A DNA stretch of 64,000 nt from Macrostomum lignano (GCA_002269645.1 NIVC01001356.1:124001-188000); one strand, 5' to 3'; positions 46,129 through 58,330 are shown, counted from the first letter of the stretch. Numbers and translations are program-made. The notes: generated by a model not told the origin, from the sequence alone.

Positions 46129-47724
46129 TCTATCCTAGAAGATTTACTGCAGTTCCATCGGCACCAGCTACAGCTCTGGTCTGGTCGCCTTGATCGATAT
46201 GAGCGTCTGAACTCTCAACTTGATCAACTGTTGAGACCTTGGCCAGCAGCTTTGCTGGCACCTGTTGCACCTGCTACACCAGACAATGACCAAGTTCAAG
46301 TACCAGATGAAGCATTAGAATCTGGCAATACGGTTGAGTCGGACAGTGCAGAACTTGTATCAGAAGTTGATCGATTACTAGCTAAAGCTAATAGTGTTAT
46401 TTCGGCTCGTTCCGCTTCCGCGTCTAGTGAACAAAGATCAGATAAAGAGAAGAAAGCAACAACAGCAGCAAAGACTAGCACTTCCAAGTCCAGTTCCGCT
46501 GGTAGTAACGTAGCAAAGAAGCCAGCCCAGAAGGGCCCTCCAGTGCCAGCAGTTAAACCTGCTCTAACCAGCACCAAAGCTGTACCAAAGAAACCACCCG
46601 GTCCATCTTATAAACCCGCCCACGTGACTGCTCCATTTCGCACCGATCCAAAGTTACATCGTCGGGTAGCTGTCAATCAGCAGTACAGAGCTGCAGGGCG
46701 GAGCAAGGCTCGAGCTCAGGCTGCCGCTGATGCGGCCGAAGCTGCCCGGCCGGCTAGGTTAGTTGGCCAGTGGCTTGGAGGCGATGATAAATCTGCAACT
46801 GGACGGATTAGTAAATCCGCTGAAGCGCAGTCTTCGACTTTGGCTTCGAATCCAGCGCCGCCTCAGTTGGCACCGGTTCTTCCTTCCAATGGTCGACGAT
46901 CTTTATCGGCTGATTTTCCGCTGCCTCCGTTGTTGAATTCGTCTAATAAAAATAGTGCTAGCAATCCTACTGCAAGTAGTAGTCAAGCACCATCCGAGCC
47001 TACATCAGTTCCATTGAGCTCTGTACCTATACCGGAGTCTATCTCGGTTGCCGTAGAAACTAACAGGCGTCTAAGACGTCGTCTACGTTTAGCCGTGTCT
47101 AACGGGCGGTTTAGTAGTAGTTCACCGTCGTCTCGAGCGGAGAGTTCATTTCTTGACAAGTTTAGCCTAGCAACTAAACGAATGTCGTCTTCTTCGTCAG
47201 AGACTATTGGTACTAAGCCTAGGACTGTTGTTGCTATGGCTAAACTATTAGATAGTTTGTTGGCTGAGTATCATCTTCAGGAAGAGTCCACCGGAAGCGA
47301 TGCTAATTTAAGACTGCTAGCAAAGATTCGCAGTCTGTATGTTTTGTTAAAATCAAAGAAAATATTATACGATACTAATAATAATAATAGTGGAAATGAG
47401 AAAATCAGTGTAAAAACCGGATTATCAAATTCGGCATTCTGCTTGGCCAATATGCCAGACTTGTTTCCGTTCGCTTCTAAGCGTTGCCTTACCTTGAGCG
47501 CCGAATTGCCCGCTCTTGTTGTGCAAGCAGACCTGTCCGAATTGTTGCTAACCAGTTGGAAATCGAATGTCGAACTTTATAGGAGAATCACTTCGGATCC
47601 GGTGGCATTGCGGCAATTGTGGGCGCTTGCTGGTGGAGGCGGAGGCGGCTCCGCGGACAGTCGGTCCTCTTGGTTTGCTGGACGTCAACCGCATCTGCCT
47701 GTTACAATTAGTACCGTTCCATAA
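46129..47724 (+). CDS. large terminal coding exon, S/P/A/K-rich protein, tentatively TEDC2 (C16orf59)-like
   Basis: Acceptor TTGCTTTTCAG at 46118-46128 is in frame with the 497-aa ORF. The layout (N-terminal helix ending LLRPW, ELVSEVDRLLAKA, disordered middle, N..L and FLDKF block, helical C-terminus) resembles TEDC2 from memory. The start exon was not found. Confidence 0.6.
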   Translation, partial: SILEDLLQFHRHQLQLWSGRLDRYERLNSQLDQLLRPWPAALLAPVAPATPDNDQVQVPDEALESGNTVESDSAELVSEVDRLLAKANSVISARSASASSEQRSDKEKKATTAAKTSTSKSSSAGSNVAKKPAQKGPPVPAVKPALTSTKAVPKKPPGPSYKPAHVTAPFRTDPKLHRRVAVNQQYRAAGRSKARAQAAADAAEAARPARLVGQWLGGDDKSATGRISKSAEAQSSTLASNPAPPQLAPVLPSNGRRSLSADFPLPPLLNSSNKNSASNPTASSSQAPSEPTSVPLSSVPIPESISVAVETNRRLRRRLRLAVSNGRFSSSSPSSRAESSFLDKFSLATKRMSSSSSETIGTKPRTVVAMAKLLDSLLAEYHLQEESTGSDANLRLLAKIRSLYVLLKSKKILYDTNNNNSGNEKISVKTGLSNSAFCLANMPDLFPFASKRCLTLSAELPALVVQADLSELLLTSWKSNVELYRRITSDPVALRQLWALAGGGGGGSADSRSSWFAGRQPHLPVTISTVP

Positions 47725-47849
47725 ACTAATTTTGTATTCTGATGAAGACTGACTTATAGCTAAGGTTGTGAAGTTTAAAGACATTGCTCAGTAACATTTG
47801 GTGTACAAGGAATTGACATTTGAGAGTCTTTATTTAACGCGTGCGTTTG

Positions 47850-48215
47850 TACACCGTGCTTAAAATCTTCCCCTTTATCTAACCTAAGAGTAGAATCCGC
47901 CCCTTCACCGCCCTTTTTGCCCTTAGAATCTGCTCTTTTGCCGCCCCAAGAATCTGCCTCTTCACCGCCCCTGGAATCCATCCTTTTACCGCCCCTCAAA
48001 TCCGCCCCTTTTCGCGCCTTTACCGCCCATTTACCGCCCCTTTCTTTCCCTTAGAATCTGCTCCTTTGCCGCGCCTAGAATCCGTCCCTTTACCACCCAT
48101 AAAATCCGCCCCTTTCCGCCCCCTTTCCGCCCCTAGAATCCACCTTTTTACCGCCCCCAAAATCCGCCCCTTTACCACCCCTAGAATCCGCCCCTTTTCC
48201 GCCCCTAAAGTTGCC
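47850..48215. repeat. GC-box-rich degenerate minisatellite (TTTTACCGCCCCTAGAATCCGCCCC)
   Basis: Repeated CCGCCCC motifs. Confidence 0.8.
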
Positions 48216-48814
48216 AATTTTTCGCAACTGAATCGTCTCTTTACTGCCCGTTACAACCACCCATATTATACGTGAACGAAACGTTTGAGTCCAATTCACG
48301 ATATTAGCTGGGGTCCAAAAGTTCACCATGTTTTTTTACTCGTGTCGTAAAAGAACGTTTGAGTTCAAGCTTTCTCCTACTCAGCTTTTTTATGCCGTCC
48401 CAGATTGAACCTAACTGCTCTCTGTTTTAACAACCTGTGTACATAATTTTTTATCTGATTTCTTTTATCTGACTTGATTCAAATTCATTTATTTATAGAA
48501 GCAAATCTTTATCCAATGTTGCTTTCTGCTTCATAAGCGTTTGTATTTCTGTGTAAATAATCTGTCTTCACTTTTTGCCAAGGCCAACTTCTTTAAGACA
48601 ATTAATCTTATCCAAGTAAGCGATTATTGCTCATTCATTTTTGCTGTGTACAATGAGTAGTTGAACTTTTTTAAATAATCCTAAATGCATTAATTTATGG
48701 TAACATTCCAAATTTTATTAGAAAATATGTCTTTGTCTTGGATTCTTTGCTGTAATGTATTTTGTATTCTTTAGCTTCTTTCTGTTAAAGTCCTGATCTC
48801 ATTTTGAGTTTGTA

Positions 48815-49515
48815 TTGGTCATGACCTCATCCTGAGTTTGTTGTGGGTCATGACCTTATCCTGAGTTTGTGTGGGTCATGACCTCATCCTGAGTTTGTGT
48901 GGGTCATGACCTTATCCTGAGTTTGTTGTGGGTCATGACCTCATCCTGAGTTTGTGGTGAGTCATGACCTCATCCTGAGTTTATATGGGTCATAACCTCA
49001 TCCTGAGTTTGTGTGGATCATGACCTTATCCTGAGTTTGTTGTGGGTCATGACCTTATCCTGAGTTTGTGTGGGTCATGACCTCATCCTGAGTTTGCATG
49101 AGTCATGACCTCACCCTGAGTTTGTATGAGTCATGACCTCATCCTGAGTTTGTTGTGGGTCATGACCTCACCCTGAGTTTGTTGTGGGTCATGACCTCGT
49201 CATGAGTTTGTTGTGGGTCATGACCTCGTCATGAGTTTGTTGTGGGTCATGACCTCATCCTGAGTTTGTTGTGGGTCATGACCTCATCCTGAGTTTGTTG
49301 TGGGTCATGACCTCATCCTGAGTTTGCATGAGTCATGACCTCACCCTGAGTTTGTATGAGTCATGACCTCATCCTGAGTTTGTGGTGAGTCATGACCTAA
49401 TTCTAATTTTTTTGGGTCATGACCTTACCCTGAGTTTACGAGTAAATGGGTCATCATCCTGAGTTTATATGGGTCATGACCTCATCCTGAGTTCATATGG
49501 GTCATGACCTCTTCC
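48815..49515. repeat. 28-29-bp minisatellite (GGGTCATGACCTCATCCTGAGTTTGTTGT), about 24 copies
   Basis: Tandem repeat seen directly, with palindromic core GGTCATGACC. Confidence 0.92.
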
Positions 49516-49667
49516 TTGATTTTCGAGAATTAAGTAGCAATAACCTCCATTTTAACTGACTGGTTTGCGTTTACATCTATGAGACTATGAATATACAGTT
49601 ACTATTAAGATTCCTATGTACCTACAATTCCAGGTTTTAGTAAGCCACTAAGAAAAGCTGCAGCAGA

Positions 49668-50039
49668 ATGTCTTCAAGCTCCGATCAGCCGCTTGTCCAA
49701 CGCGTGCTGGCCGTGTCAGCCGCCTCGGCGGCTCGGGCCAGCCTTGTCATTCGCCAGGTGATGTCTAGCGGCCAGTTGGGCATTGTTGAGAAGGGCAAAA
49801 ATGACCTGCAGACAGCTGCCGATCGCGGAGCCCAGCGGATTATAATTGGCAATTTGAGATTGGCCTTCCCTGGGCTCACTGTCATCGGCGAGGAGGATGA
49901 GGATCCCAATGCTGAGCCGCTGAGGCCGGATGAGCTGGTGCAGCCGGATGCCGGGGTGTTGGCGAAGGACTGCCCCGCTGCGCTGAGGGATGTTCCTGTT
50001 GGTGACGTCACTGTGAGTGCCGCTTGCTGTCTGTCTGCC

Positions 50040-50071
<32 letters not shown>

Positions 50072-50179
50072 ATAGTGTCTGTCTGTCTGTTTGTCTGTTT
50101 GTCTGTCTGTCTTTCTGTCTGTCTGTCTGCCTGTCTGTCTGTCTGTCTGTCTGTCTGTCATAGTGTCTGTCTGTCATAG

Positions 50180-50275
<96 letters not shown>

Positions 50276-50279
50276 AGAG

Positions 50280-50312
<33 letters not shown>

Positions 50313-50313
50313 T

Positions 50314-50347
<34 letters not shown>

Positions 50348-50367
50348 ATACTGTCTGTCTGTCATAC

Positions 50368-50439
<72 letters not shown>

Positions 50440-51171
50440 ATAGTGTCTGTGTCTGTCTGTCTGTCTGTCTATCTGTAGTAGTAGATCATGCAGATATCAT
50501 GTACAGACGTACAGTTTGAATTTAATCACAATGTCATTCCATCTCTCTTCCCCTCTCTCCACCCCGGCAACCAGGTGTGGGTTGACCCCCTAGACGGCAC
50601 GTCGGAATTCGCCGCCAATCTCTTAGATCACGTGACCGTGCTGATCGGTATCGCCGTAGGCAGCCGCGCAGTAGCCGGGGTGATCTGCCAGCCCTACTAC
50701 AACTATCAGACTCTGTCGCCCGATCAGATGGGCCGCCTGATCTGGTCTCTGGAAGGACTTGGCGTGTTCGGCCTATCAGAAACTGAGATCGCCAACAACC
50801 CGCCCGGTAACATCATAGCAACCACGCGTAGTCATAGCAACCAGATTGTCAACGACGCTGTGACAGCCTGCGAACCGACTGAAGTGCTCCGCGTTGGCGG
50901 CTCCGGCCACAAGGTGCTGCTGCTGATTGAACGCCGAGCTCACGCCTACGTGTTCGCATCTCCGGGATGCAAGAAATGGGACACGTGCGCGCCTGAGGCT
51001 GTGCTCAGGGCTCTTGGCGGTTGCCTCACCGACATTCTCGGCAACGAGTTGCCTTACGACGCTTCGGCTACGCATCCCAACAAGCAGGGCGTGTTGGCCA
51101 CTCTGAGGAAAGAGGATCACGCCAGGTTCGCCGCAAAGATCCCAGAGAACGTGCGAAAGGCTTTGTCATAA
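49668..51171 (+). CDS. BPNT1: 3'(2'),5'-bisphosphate nucleotidase 1 (inositol monophosphatase family), 2 exons, 313 aa
   Basis: Exon 1 is 49668-50012 (ACT|GTGAGT) and exon 2 is 50575-51171 (CCAG|GTG), phase 0. Motifs: LGIVEKG.NDLQT.ADR..Q, IGEE, VWVDPLDGT, TTRSH, VGGSGHKV and KKWDTCAPEA. Confidence 0.93.
50025..50480. repeat. (GTCT)n microsatellite filling the BPNT1 intron
   Basis: Tetranucleotide run between donor 50013 and acceptor 50574. Confidence 0.95.
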
Positions 51172-51354
51172 ACATGCTTCTTCGAAATATGATTATTAAT
51201 AATTGATATTGTGCGACAATCGAATTTTATTGATAGTTTTTCCGCCATTTGATTGTTGTGATAAGTTTTTTTTTCAAATAAACAAATAACATTCTGATGT
51301 CGAATACCTGTTTATTATCACTTTTTAATTAACACCTTTTTAACAATATCGAAA

Positions 51355-52200
51355 GGCTGAGATTTTAAAGGTTTCTCTACCGTGTCTCACCTATCTAAGG
51401 TGAGATTTTAAGAGATTCTCTACCGAGTCTCGCAAATCTAGTGTGAGATTTCGAGAGATTCTCTACCGTGTCTCAACAATCTAGTGTGAGATTTTGAAGT
51501 TTTATCTACCGTGTCTCACCAATCTAGGGTGAGATTTTGAAGGTTTCTCTACCGTGTCTCACCTATCTAAGGTGAGATTTTAAGAGATTCTCTGCTGTGT
51601 CTCACCAATCTAGGGTGAGATTTTGAGAGATTCTTTACCGTGTCTCACCTATCTAGGGTGAGATTTTGAGAGATTTTCTACCCTGTCTGAATAATCTAGG
51701 GTGAGATTTTGAGAGATTTTCTACCCTGTCTGAATAATCTAAGGTGAGATTTTGAGAGATTCTCTACCGAGTCTCGCAAATCTAGTGTGAGATTTCGAGA
51801 GATTCTCTACCGTGTCTCAACAATCTAGTGTGAGATTTTGAAGTTTTATCTACCGTGTCTCACCAATCTAGGGTGAGATTTTGAAGGTTTCTTTACTGTG
51901 TCTCACCAATCTAGGGTAAGCTTTTGAGGGCTTCTCTACCGTCTCTCACCAATCTAGGGTAAGCTTTTGAGGGCTTCTCTACCGTCTCTCACAAAGCTAG
52001 GATGAGACTTTTGAGGGTTTATCTACCCCATTTTACCAATTTAGGGTGCGATTTTGAGATTCTCTACCGCGTCTCACCTATGTAGGATGAGATTTTGAAA
52101 GATTCTTCACCGTGTCTCACCAATCTAGGGAGAGACTTTGAGAGATTCTCCTCCATGTCTCACCAATCTAGACCGAGATTTTGAAGGTTTCTCTGCAAAA
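51355..52200. repeat. 43-bp minisatellite (CTCTACCGTGTCTCACCAATCTAGGGTGAGATTTTGAGAGATT), about 19 copies
   Basis: The 43-bp period is seen at 51375 and 51418. Each unit has an internal inverted repeat TCTCACC/GGTGAGA. Confidence 0.9.
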
Positions 52201-52774
52201 TCAACAGTAAATCAGGTCAACACTAAAAAATCTAAAAAACGATTTCAATTCTAAAAAAATGATCATTTGTGTCACTGTTGTCATTCCTCTAAATATGGAC
52301 AATGGGTAAACGCGAGATCGTTTTAAATTTTTTGTCTTATTAAATTATTTTTAAATTAGCCATTTTAGATCACATTGTACTAAATTTACAAGTCACCTGT
52401 TATTTAGCTACTTATTTAAGGCGTACAAAATATTAAATACTTTTTTATATTCATTCGAAATTTTCAAAGCATATCAAGTATCTTTGTATATGCAATTTCT
52501 GTTAGTTTTGTCTTTTAATTTGATGCATTATGTCTACGTTAAGTCTGTTTTTTATTTACCTATGGAAAATTGGCTTCCTAATCTACGTGTACTCATACTT
52601 ATTATTTAGTTGCTCTGTCATTTTTATTGATAAGTAGATATAATATTTCTTGTAGAATTTAGAAGAAAATGCTTTTTCGCTTACATTTCAGTGAATTAGT
52701 ACTTGTTATTGTTTTTAATGTTTTTTTATAACTTAGATCAGGAACAGGGATACATTGTCATCAGTATATCTAAC

Positions 52775-53580
52775 AAGGGGAATCCCTGGGTATACTGTGT
52801 CTAACAATTGAGAATCTCAATCCCAATATGTATGTAATAGGGGGATTTCAACATGTACCTAACAGGGGGAATCCAATGGTATATCTAACAGGGGATCCCA
52901 GGGTATATCTATCAGGGGAATCCCAACGTATATCTATCATTGGGAATCCCAAGGTATATCTATCATTGGGAATCCCAAGGTATATCTATCATTGGGAATC
53001 CCAAGGTTTATCTATCATTGGGAATCCCAAGGTTTATCTATCATTGGGAATCCCAAGGTATATCTATCATTGGGAATCCCAAGGTTTATCTATCATTGGG
53101 AATCCCAAGGTATATCTATCATTGGGAATCCCAAGGTAGATCTAAATGGGGGAATCCCAAGGTAGATCTAAATGGGGGAATCCCAAGGTAGATCTAAATG
53201 GGGGAATCACAAGGTAGATCTAAATGGGGGAATCCCAAGGTAGATCTAAATGGGGGAATCCCTAGGTAGATCTAAATGGGGGAATCACAAGGTAGATCTA
53301 AATGGGGGAATCCCAAGGTAGATCTAAATGGGGAATCCCAAGGTAGATCTAAATGGGGGAATCCCAAGGTAGATCTAAATGGGGGAATCCCAAGGTAGAT
53401 CTAAATGGGGGAATCCCAAGGTAGATCTAAATGGGGTATCCCAAGGTAGATCTTAATGGGGGAATCCCAAGGTAGATCTAAATGGGGTATCCCAAGGTAG
53501 ATCTAAATGGGGTATCCCAAGGTAGATCTAAATGGGGGAATCCCAACATATATCTAACAGAGGGAATCCCAATATTCCAG
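52775..53580. repeat. 26-bp minisatellite with two sub-domains (GGGAATCCCAAGGTATATCTATCATT then GGGGGAATCCCAAGGTAGATCTAAAT)
   Basis: Tandem repeat seen directly, switching variant at about 53135. Confidence 0.92.
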
Positions 53581-53771
53581 CAATTCAATGTGTCTAGCAA
53601 GGAAAACCAGAATTTCAAATAGAGGAATTCAGGATAGTTTACAGGCCGAATTATTTTCGTAAATTCCCTGTGGAATTCATAGTAATATCGGGTGAATTTG
53701 ACTATGATTTGTATTATCCGATCTCGTCAAAGTCAATTTGACAATCTTCAGGTTGGCTAGTTCGGCCAAGC

Positions 53772-56700
53772 ATGTCCTACCACTGGCCCAAGCGACTGTC
53801 ATCGAATGCAACCGATGTTTCACCATCGCTGCCATCCACCCCGGCTTCGTCGGCGACTTTCAACGCCGGAGCTGTCGTGGCGAGCGTCGGCGGCGGTCTT
53901 GAAGGCGACGACGGCCTGGCCTGGGCCTACGAGCAGCTCGCCGCTCGATTCAATCAGCTGGAGGTCGCTTATAAAGCCGCTAAAAGTGCAACTGGCGGGG
54001 GCGGGTTTATTTCTAAACTGCCGTCTTGTCTGCGCTCGTCTGCGCTAGACTCGGATGACAGGTGCGACTCTTGCGGCAATTTTGATTTTCATTTACCCTT
54101 AATCTTTAAATCATTTTTGCTCGATCGCCAAAGTCCCGATTCCCAAGCTCCTCAAAGTCCCGATCCCCAAGATCCCCAAAGTCCCGATTCCCTAGATCCT
54201 CAAAGTCCCAAAGTCCCGATTCCCAAGAGTCCCGAAATCCCAAAGTCCCGATTCCCTAGATCCTCAAAGTCCCAAAGTCCCGATTCCCAAGAGTCCCGAA
54301 ATCCCAAAGTCCCGATCCTTAAAATCCCCGAAAAGTCCCGATTCCCAAGATTATTAAAATCCCGATTCCCAAGATTATTAAAATCCCGATTCCCAAGATT
54401 CCCGAAATTTCGATTCCCAAGATCCCCAACGTTCGGATCCCTAAAACCCTCAAAGTCCCGATTCCCAAGATCCCCGAGATCCCGGAGTCCCAATCCCAAG
54501 ATCCCCGAAAATTTTAAGTCCCGATTCCCAAGATTATTAAAATCCCGATTCCCAAGATCCCCAATGTCCCGATCCCCAAGATCCTTGAAGATCCCAAGAT
54601 CCTTGAAGATCCCCGAGATCCCGGAGTCCCAATCCCAAGATCCCCGAAAATTTTAAGTCCCGATTCTCAAGATCATTAAAATCCCGATTCCCATAATCCC
54701 CAAAGTCCCGATTCCCAAGATCTCCGAAATCCCCAAGTCCCGATCCCCAAGATCCTTGAAATCCCCAAAGTCCTGGTCTCCAAGATCCCCAAAGTCCCGA
54801 TCCCAAGATTTCCAAAGTCCCGATCCCCAAGGTCCCTTAAGTCCCGATCCTAGAATCCTTAAAGTCCCGATCCCAAAGATCCCAAGATCCCCAAATTCCC
54901 GATTCCCAAGATCCTCAAAGTCCCGATCCCCAAGGTCTCCAAGATTCCTAAAGTCCCGATCCCCAAGGTCCCCAAGATTCCTAAAGTCCCGATCCCCAAG
55001 GTCTCCAAGATCCCCAAGATCCCCAAAGTCTCGATCCCAAGATCCCCAAGATCCTCAGTCTCGAACCCAAAAATCCCAAAGTCTCGATCCCAAGATCCTC
55101 AGTCTCGATCCTAAGAATCCCAAAGTCTCGATCACAAGAATCCCAAAGTCTCGATCCCAAGAGTCCCAAAGTCCCGATCCCAAGAATCTTAAAGTCCCAA
55201 TCCCAAGAATCCTAAAGTCCCGATCCTAAGATCCTTCAAATCCCGATCCCAATATCCCCAGGATTTAAAAAAACCGATCCCCAAGATCCTCTAAATCCCG
55301 ACCCCCCCCCAAATCCCTACCCATATACTAGAACTCCAAATCCCAAATGACAGACTAGTTTCTAAATTTCTAACAATCATGATTTCTAATCCCAAAATTC
55401 AAAAAACAATCCATGAATTCATCATCATATCTAAATCCCAAATCTCTGAGAATAGAGGAAAATTCTGAATTCGCCTCAGATCCTGGGATGACGACTGGCT
55501 AGCGGCAGACGATTCCGCAGCGGCAGTCGCAGTCGGCCCCGGCAACACGCCAGTCTCCTGTTTGCTAGCCGAGTTGGCTCGCGCTCAATCGCGCGCAATA
55601 CGCGCAGAAATGCGCGCCCGAGCCTGGGAGCGCAGATCGCGCGAAGCCGCGTCGCTTTTGCGCGAAGCGACGGAGCGACTGGCCGAGGCGCGGCTGCGAG
55701 TCGACAGCGAAGCTGGCGACGCCTCCAGAGCTTGCCAGGCTCTGGGAGCCGGTCTGGCGGCGGCTGGGGATCTGGCTCGGACTCAGGGCCGGTTGTTGCA
55801 GAAACTACTGCTCAGAGAACGCCTGCGAGGTGCACCGCAGGCGCTGATGCCAGCCAATAGGTGAGCTGGTTAGCTTAGATGTGCTACCGACAGCTCAGCC
55901 GCAGCTATTGCGCGGCGCATCTGAAGGCTGCATACGGCTGTTCAGTCCAAGTACTGGGGGGTCGCCACACACACCCTCAATAGGTCGAGAATCGAACCCC
56001 CGACCTTTCAGTCGTGAGTCCGACGCTCTAACCACTAGGCTACAAGGCTGGCCCCCTGGCAGTAGAAATAGCAGAATATTACAAGTATTTTTGTAATTTG
56101 TTTTAAAATTCAAAATATAGGAAAATGTATTAAATAATAAATAATACTCGTACTAGCTCGTAGTTCTATTTTACGAGTATGCGCTTAGGAAGAGCGGCTA
56201 CATTCGTTTGTGGAAAATAGAAAATTGGTTTTCATGCCATTTACACTGTTTTGTATAAAAAATGGGATTTTTTGGGAAAAATGGGATTTTTGGGATAAAA
56301 CTGGGATTTTTTGGATAAATGGGATTCTTTGGGGAAAATTGGATCGCTGAGATAAAAAGGGGATTCTTTTGGTAAAGATTGGATTTTTTGGGATAAAAAT
56401 GGGATTCTTTAGGAAAATTTAGGATAAGAACGAGATTCTTTGAAAAAAATGAGAGATCTTTGGGATAAAACTGGGGTTCTTTGGAATAAAAATAAAATTT
56501 TCGGGATAAAAATAAGACCTTGTAGCTTACTAATATAATTGGGTCTTTGTTGCTAGGGAATTAACAATTAATGGGACTTATTTATCAGCTAGCTTAGGAT
56601 CATAAAATCCCTACTCATACTGCGCAATCACAGGCCTAATTACGAGGTTGAGCCGTCGGACAATGCCGATGATGACAACTCGGACAACTCCATGGCAACC

Positions 56701-57180
56701 CTGACAGCGGCAGTTGCAGCAGATGCCGCAGGCGGTTCGAATCCGCCTCTGGCAGCTCCTGAGTGCTCATCCAGCCTGTCCAGCTGCTGCGGCAGCGCCA
56801 GCCGCTACTGCCCGATGTCGCCCCTGCTGGTCGACAGCGCTGGCGGCGGGGGCGGCGGCGGGGGCGGTAGTCGCTGGAGCGACGCCTCCTACTCGCATAG
56901 TCGTCAAGCAGCTCCTCTACTTCCTCAGATGTTGAACGGTGACCAGCAGGCCGAGTCCTGGTGGCCTTGGATTCGACAGCAGCAGCAGCAACGGCAAGAG
57001 CTTCAATTTGAAGGCAGCGGCATTGCTGCTGATAATCAGGAGACTTTGAGCGGCACCGATGGTGGAATGCGCTGTCCCGTTTGCGGCCTACTTGTAGCTG
57101 TCGGCGTCGGCGGCGACTCCGGGGTCAGTCGGTTCAATCGACACGTCGATTCGCATTTTGGCGGCGAAGGAGTCTGCTGA
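53772..57180 (+). CDS. 3-exon coiled-coil protein with C-terminal UBZ-type C2H2 zinc finger (405 aa)
   Basis: Exons 53772-54061 (AG|GTGCGA), 55480-55860 (CTCAG|...AG|GTGAGC) and 56634-57180 (CACAG|). Both junctions are phase 2 and the 1218-nt total stays in frame. The C-terminus is CPVC..(19)..HVDSHF. Confidence 0.75.
54130..55310. repeat. degenerate TCCCGA(T)TCCCAAGA minisatellite in intron 1 of the UBZ gene
   Basis: Short, heterogeneous CCC-rich units. Confidence 0.85.
55862..56056 (-). mobile_element. tRNA-derived SINE (Val-CAC-like head at 55983-56050) in intron 2 of the UBZ gene
   Basis: The minus strand reads GCCTTGTAGCCTAGTGGTTAGAGCGTCGGACTCACGACTGAAAGGTCGGGGGTTCGATTCTCGAC. A and B boxes are present, stems are imperfect, and a non-tRNA tail follows. 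Confidence 0.7.
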
Positions 57181-57269
57181 TCTCAAACTCGCTTTGTTTG
57201 GGTGGAGCGGATTTGAGATTATGTTGGGATTTGAAACTGGCTTCTCAATTTATGGAATTTAAATCCTGG

Positions 57270-58330
57270 GATTTGGGATGCCCACAAGGGGATTTAGGAT
57301 TTAGGATAGGATTTGAGATTAGGGGAACCCACTTAGGGTATTTGGGATTTGGGATACCCACTAGGGGATTTGGGATACCCACTAGAGGATTTGGGATACC
57401 CACTAGAGGATTTGGGATACCCACTAGGGGATTTGAGATACCAACTGGGGGATTTGAGATACCCACTAGGGGATTTGAGATACCCACTAGGGGATTTGGG
57501 ATACCCACTAGGGGATTTGGGATACTCACTAAGGGATTTGGGATTTGGGATACCCACTAGGGGATTTGGGATACTCACTAAGGGATTTGGGATTTGGGAT
57601 ACCCACTAGAGGATTTGCGATACCCACTAGGGGATTTAAGATACCCACTAGGGGTTTTGGGATACCCACTAGGGGATTTGAGATACCCACTAGGGGATTT
57701 GGAATACCCACTAAAGGATTTGGGATTTGGGATAGCCACTAAGGGATCTGGGATTTAGGATACCCACTAAGGGGATTTGGGATACCCACTAAGGGATTTG
57801 GAATTTGGGATGCCAACTAAGGGATTTGGAATTTGGGATTCCAACTAAGGGATTTGGATAGCTACTAAGGGGATTTAAGATTTATGGAACCTTAAACCTT
57901 AAACTTTTATAAAGATTATATAATTAACGAAGGGATTTGGGATGCCCACTAAGGGATTTGGGATGCCCGATAAGGGATTTGGGATGCCCAATAAGGGATT
58001 TGGGATGCCCAAAAGGGATTTGGGATGCCCATTGCCCACTAAGGGATCTGGGATTTGGGGTACCCACTAAAGGATTTGGGATTTGTGATAGCCACTAAGG
58101 GATCTGGGATTTGGGGTACCCACTAAAGGATTTGGGATTTAGGATACCCACTAAGGGATTTGGATTGGAATTTGGGATACCCACTAAGGGATTTGGGATA
58201 GCTACTAAGGGGATTTAAGATTAATGGATCCCACGAAGGGATTTGGGATTTGGGATACCCACTAAGGGACTTGGGATTTGGGATGCCCACTAAGGGATTT
58301 GAGATGCCCACAAAGGGATTTGGGATTTGG
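57270..58330. repeat. about 21-bp minisatellite (GGATTTGGGATACCCACTAGG/AAG)
   Basis: Degenerate tandem repeat seen directly. Confidence 0.9.

Noticed and set aside
50488-50574. ORF-track start for the BPNT1 second half at 50488
   Set aside because: This stretch is intronic. The CAG acceptor at 50572-50574 joins exon 1 in frame to give DVT-VWVDPLDGT.
54062-54656. Continuation of ORF 53772-54656 into an SP/K/R-rich tail
   Set aside because: It is read-through into an intronic minisatellite after the GT donor at 54062.
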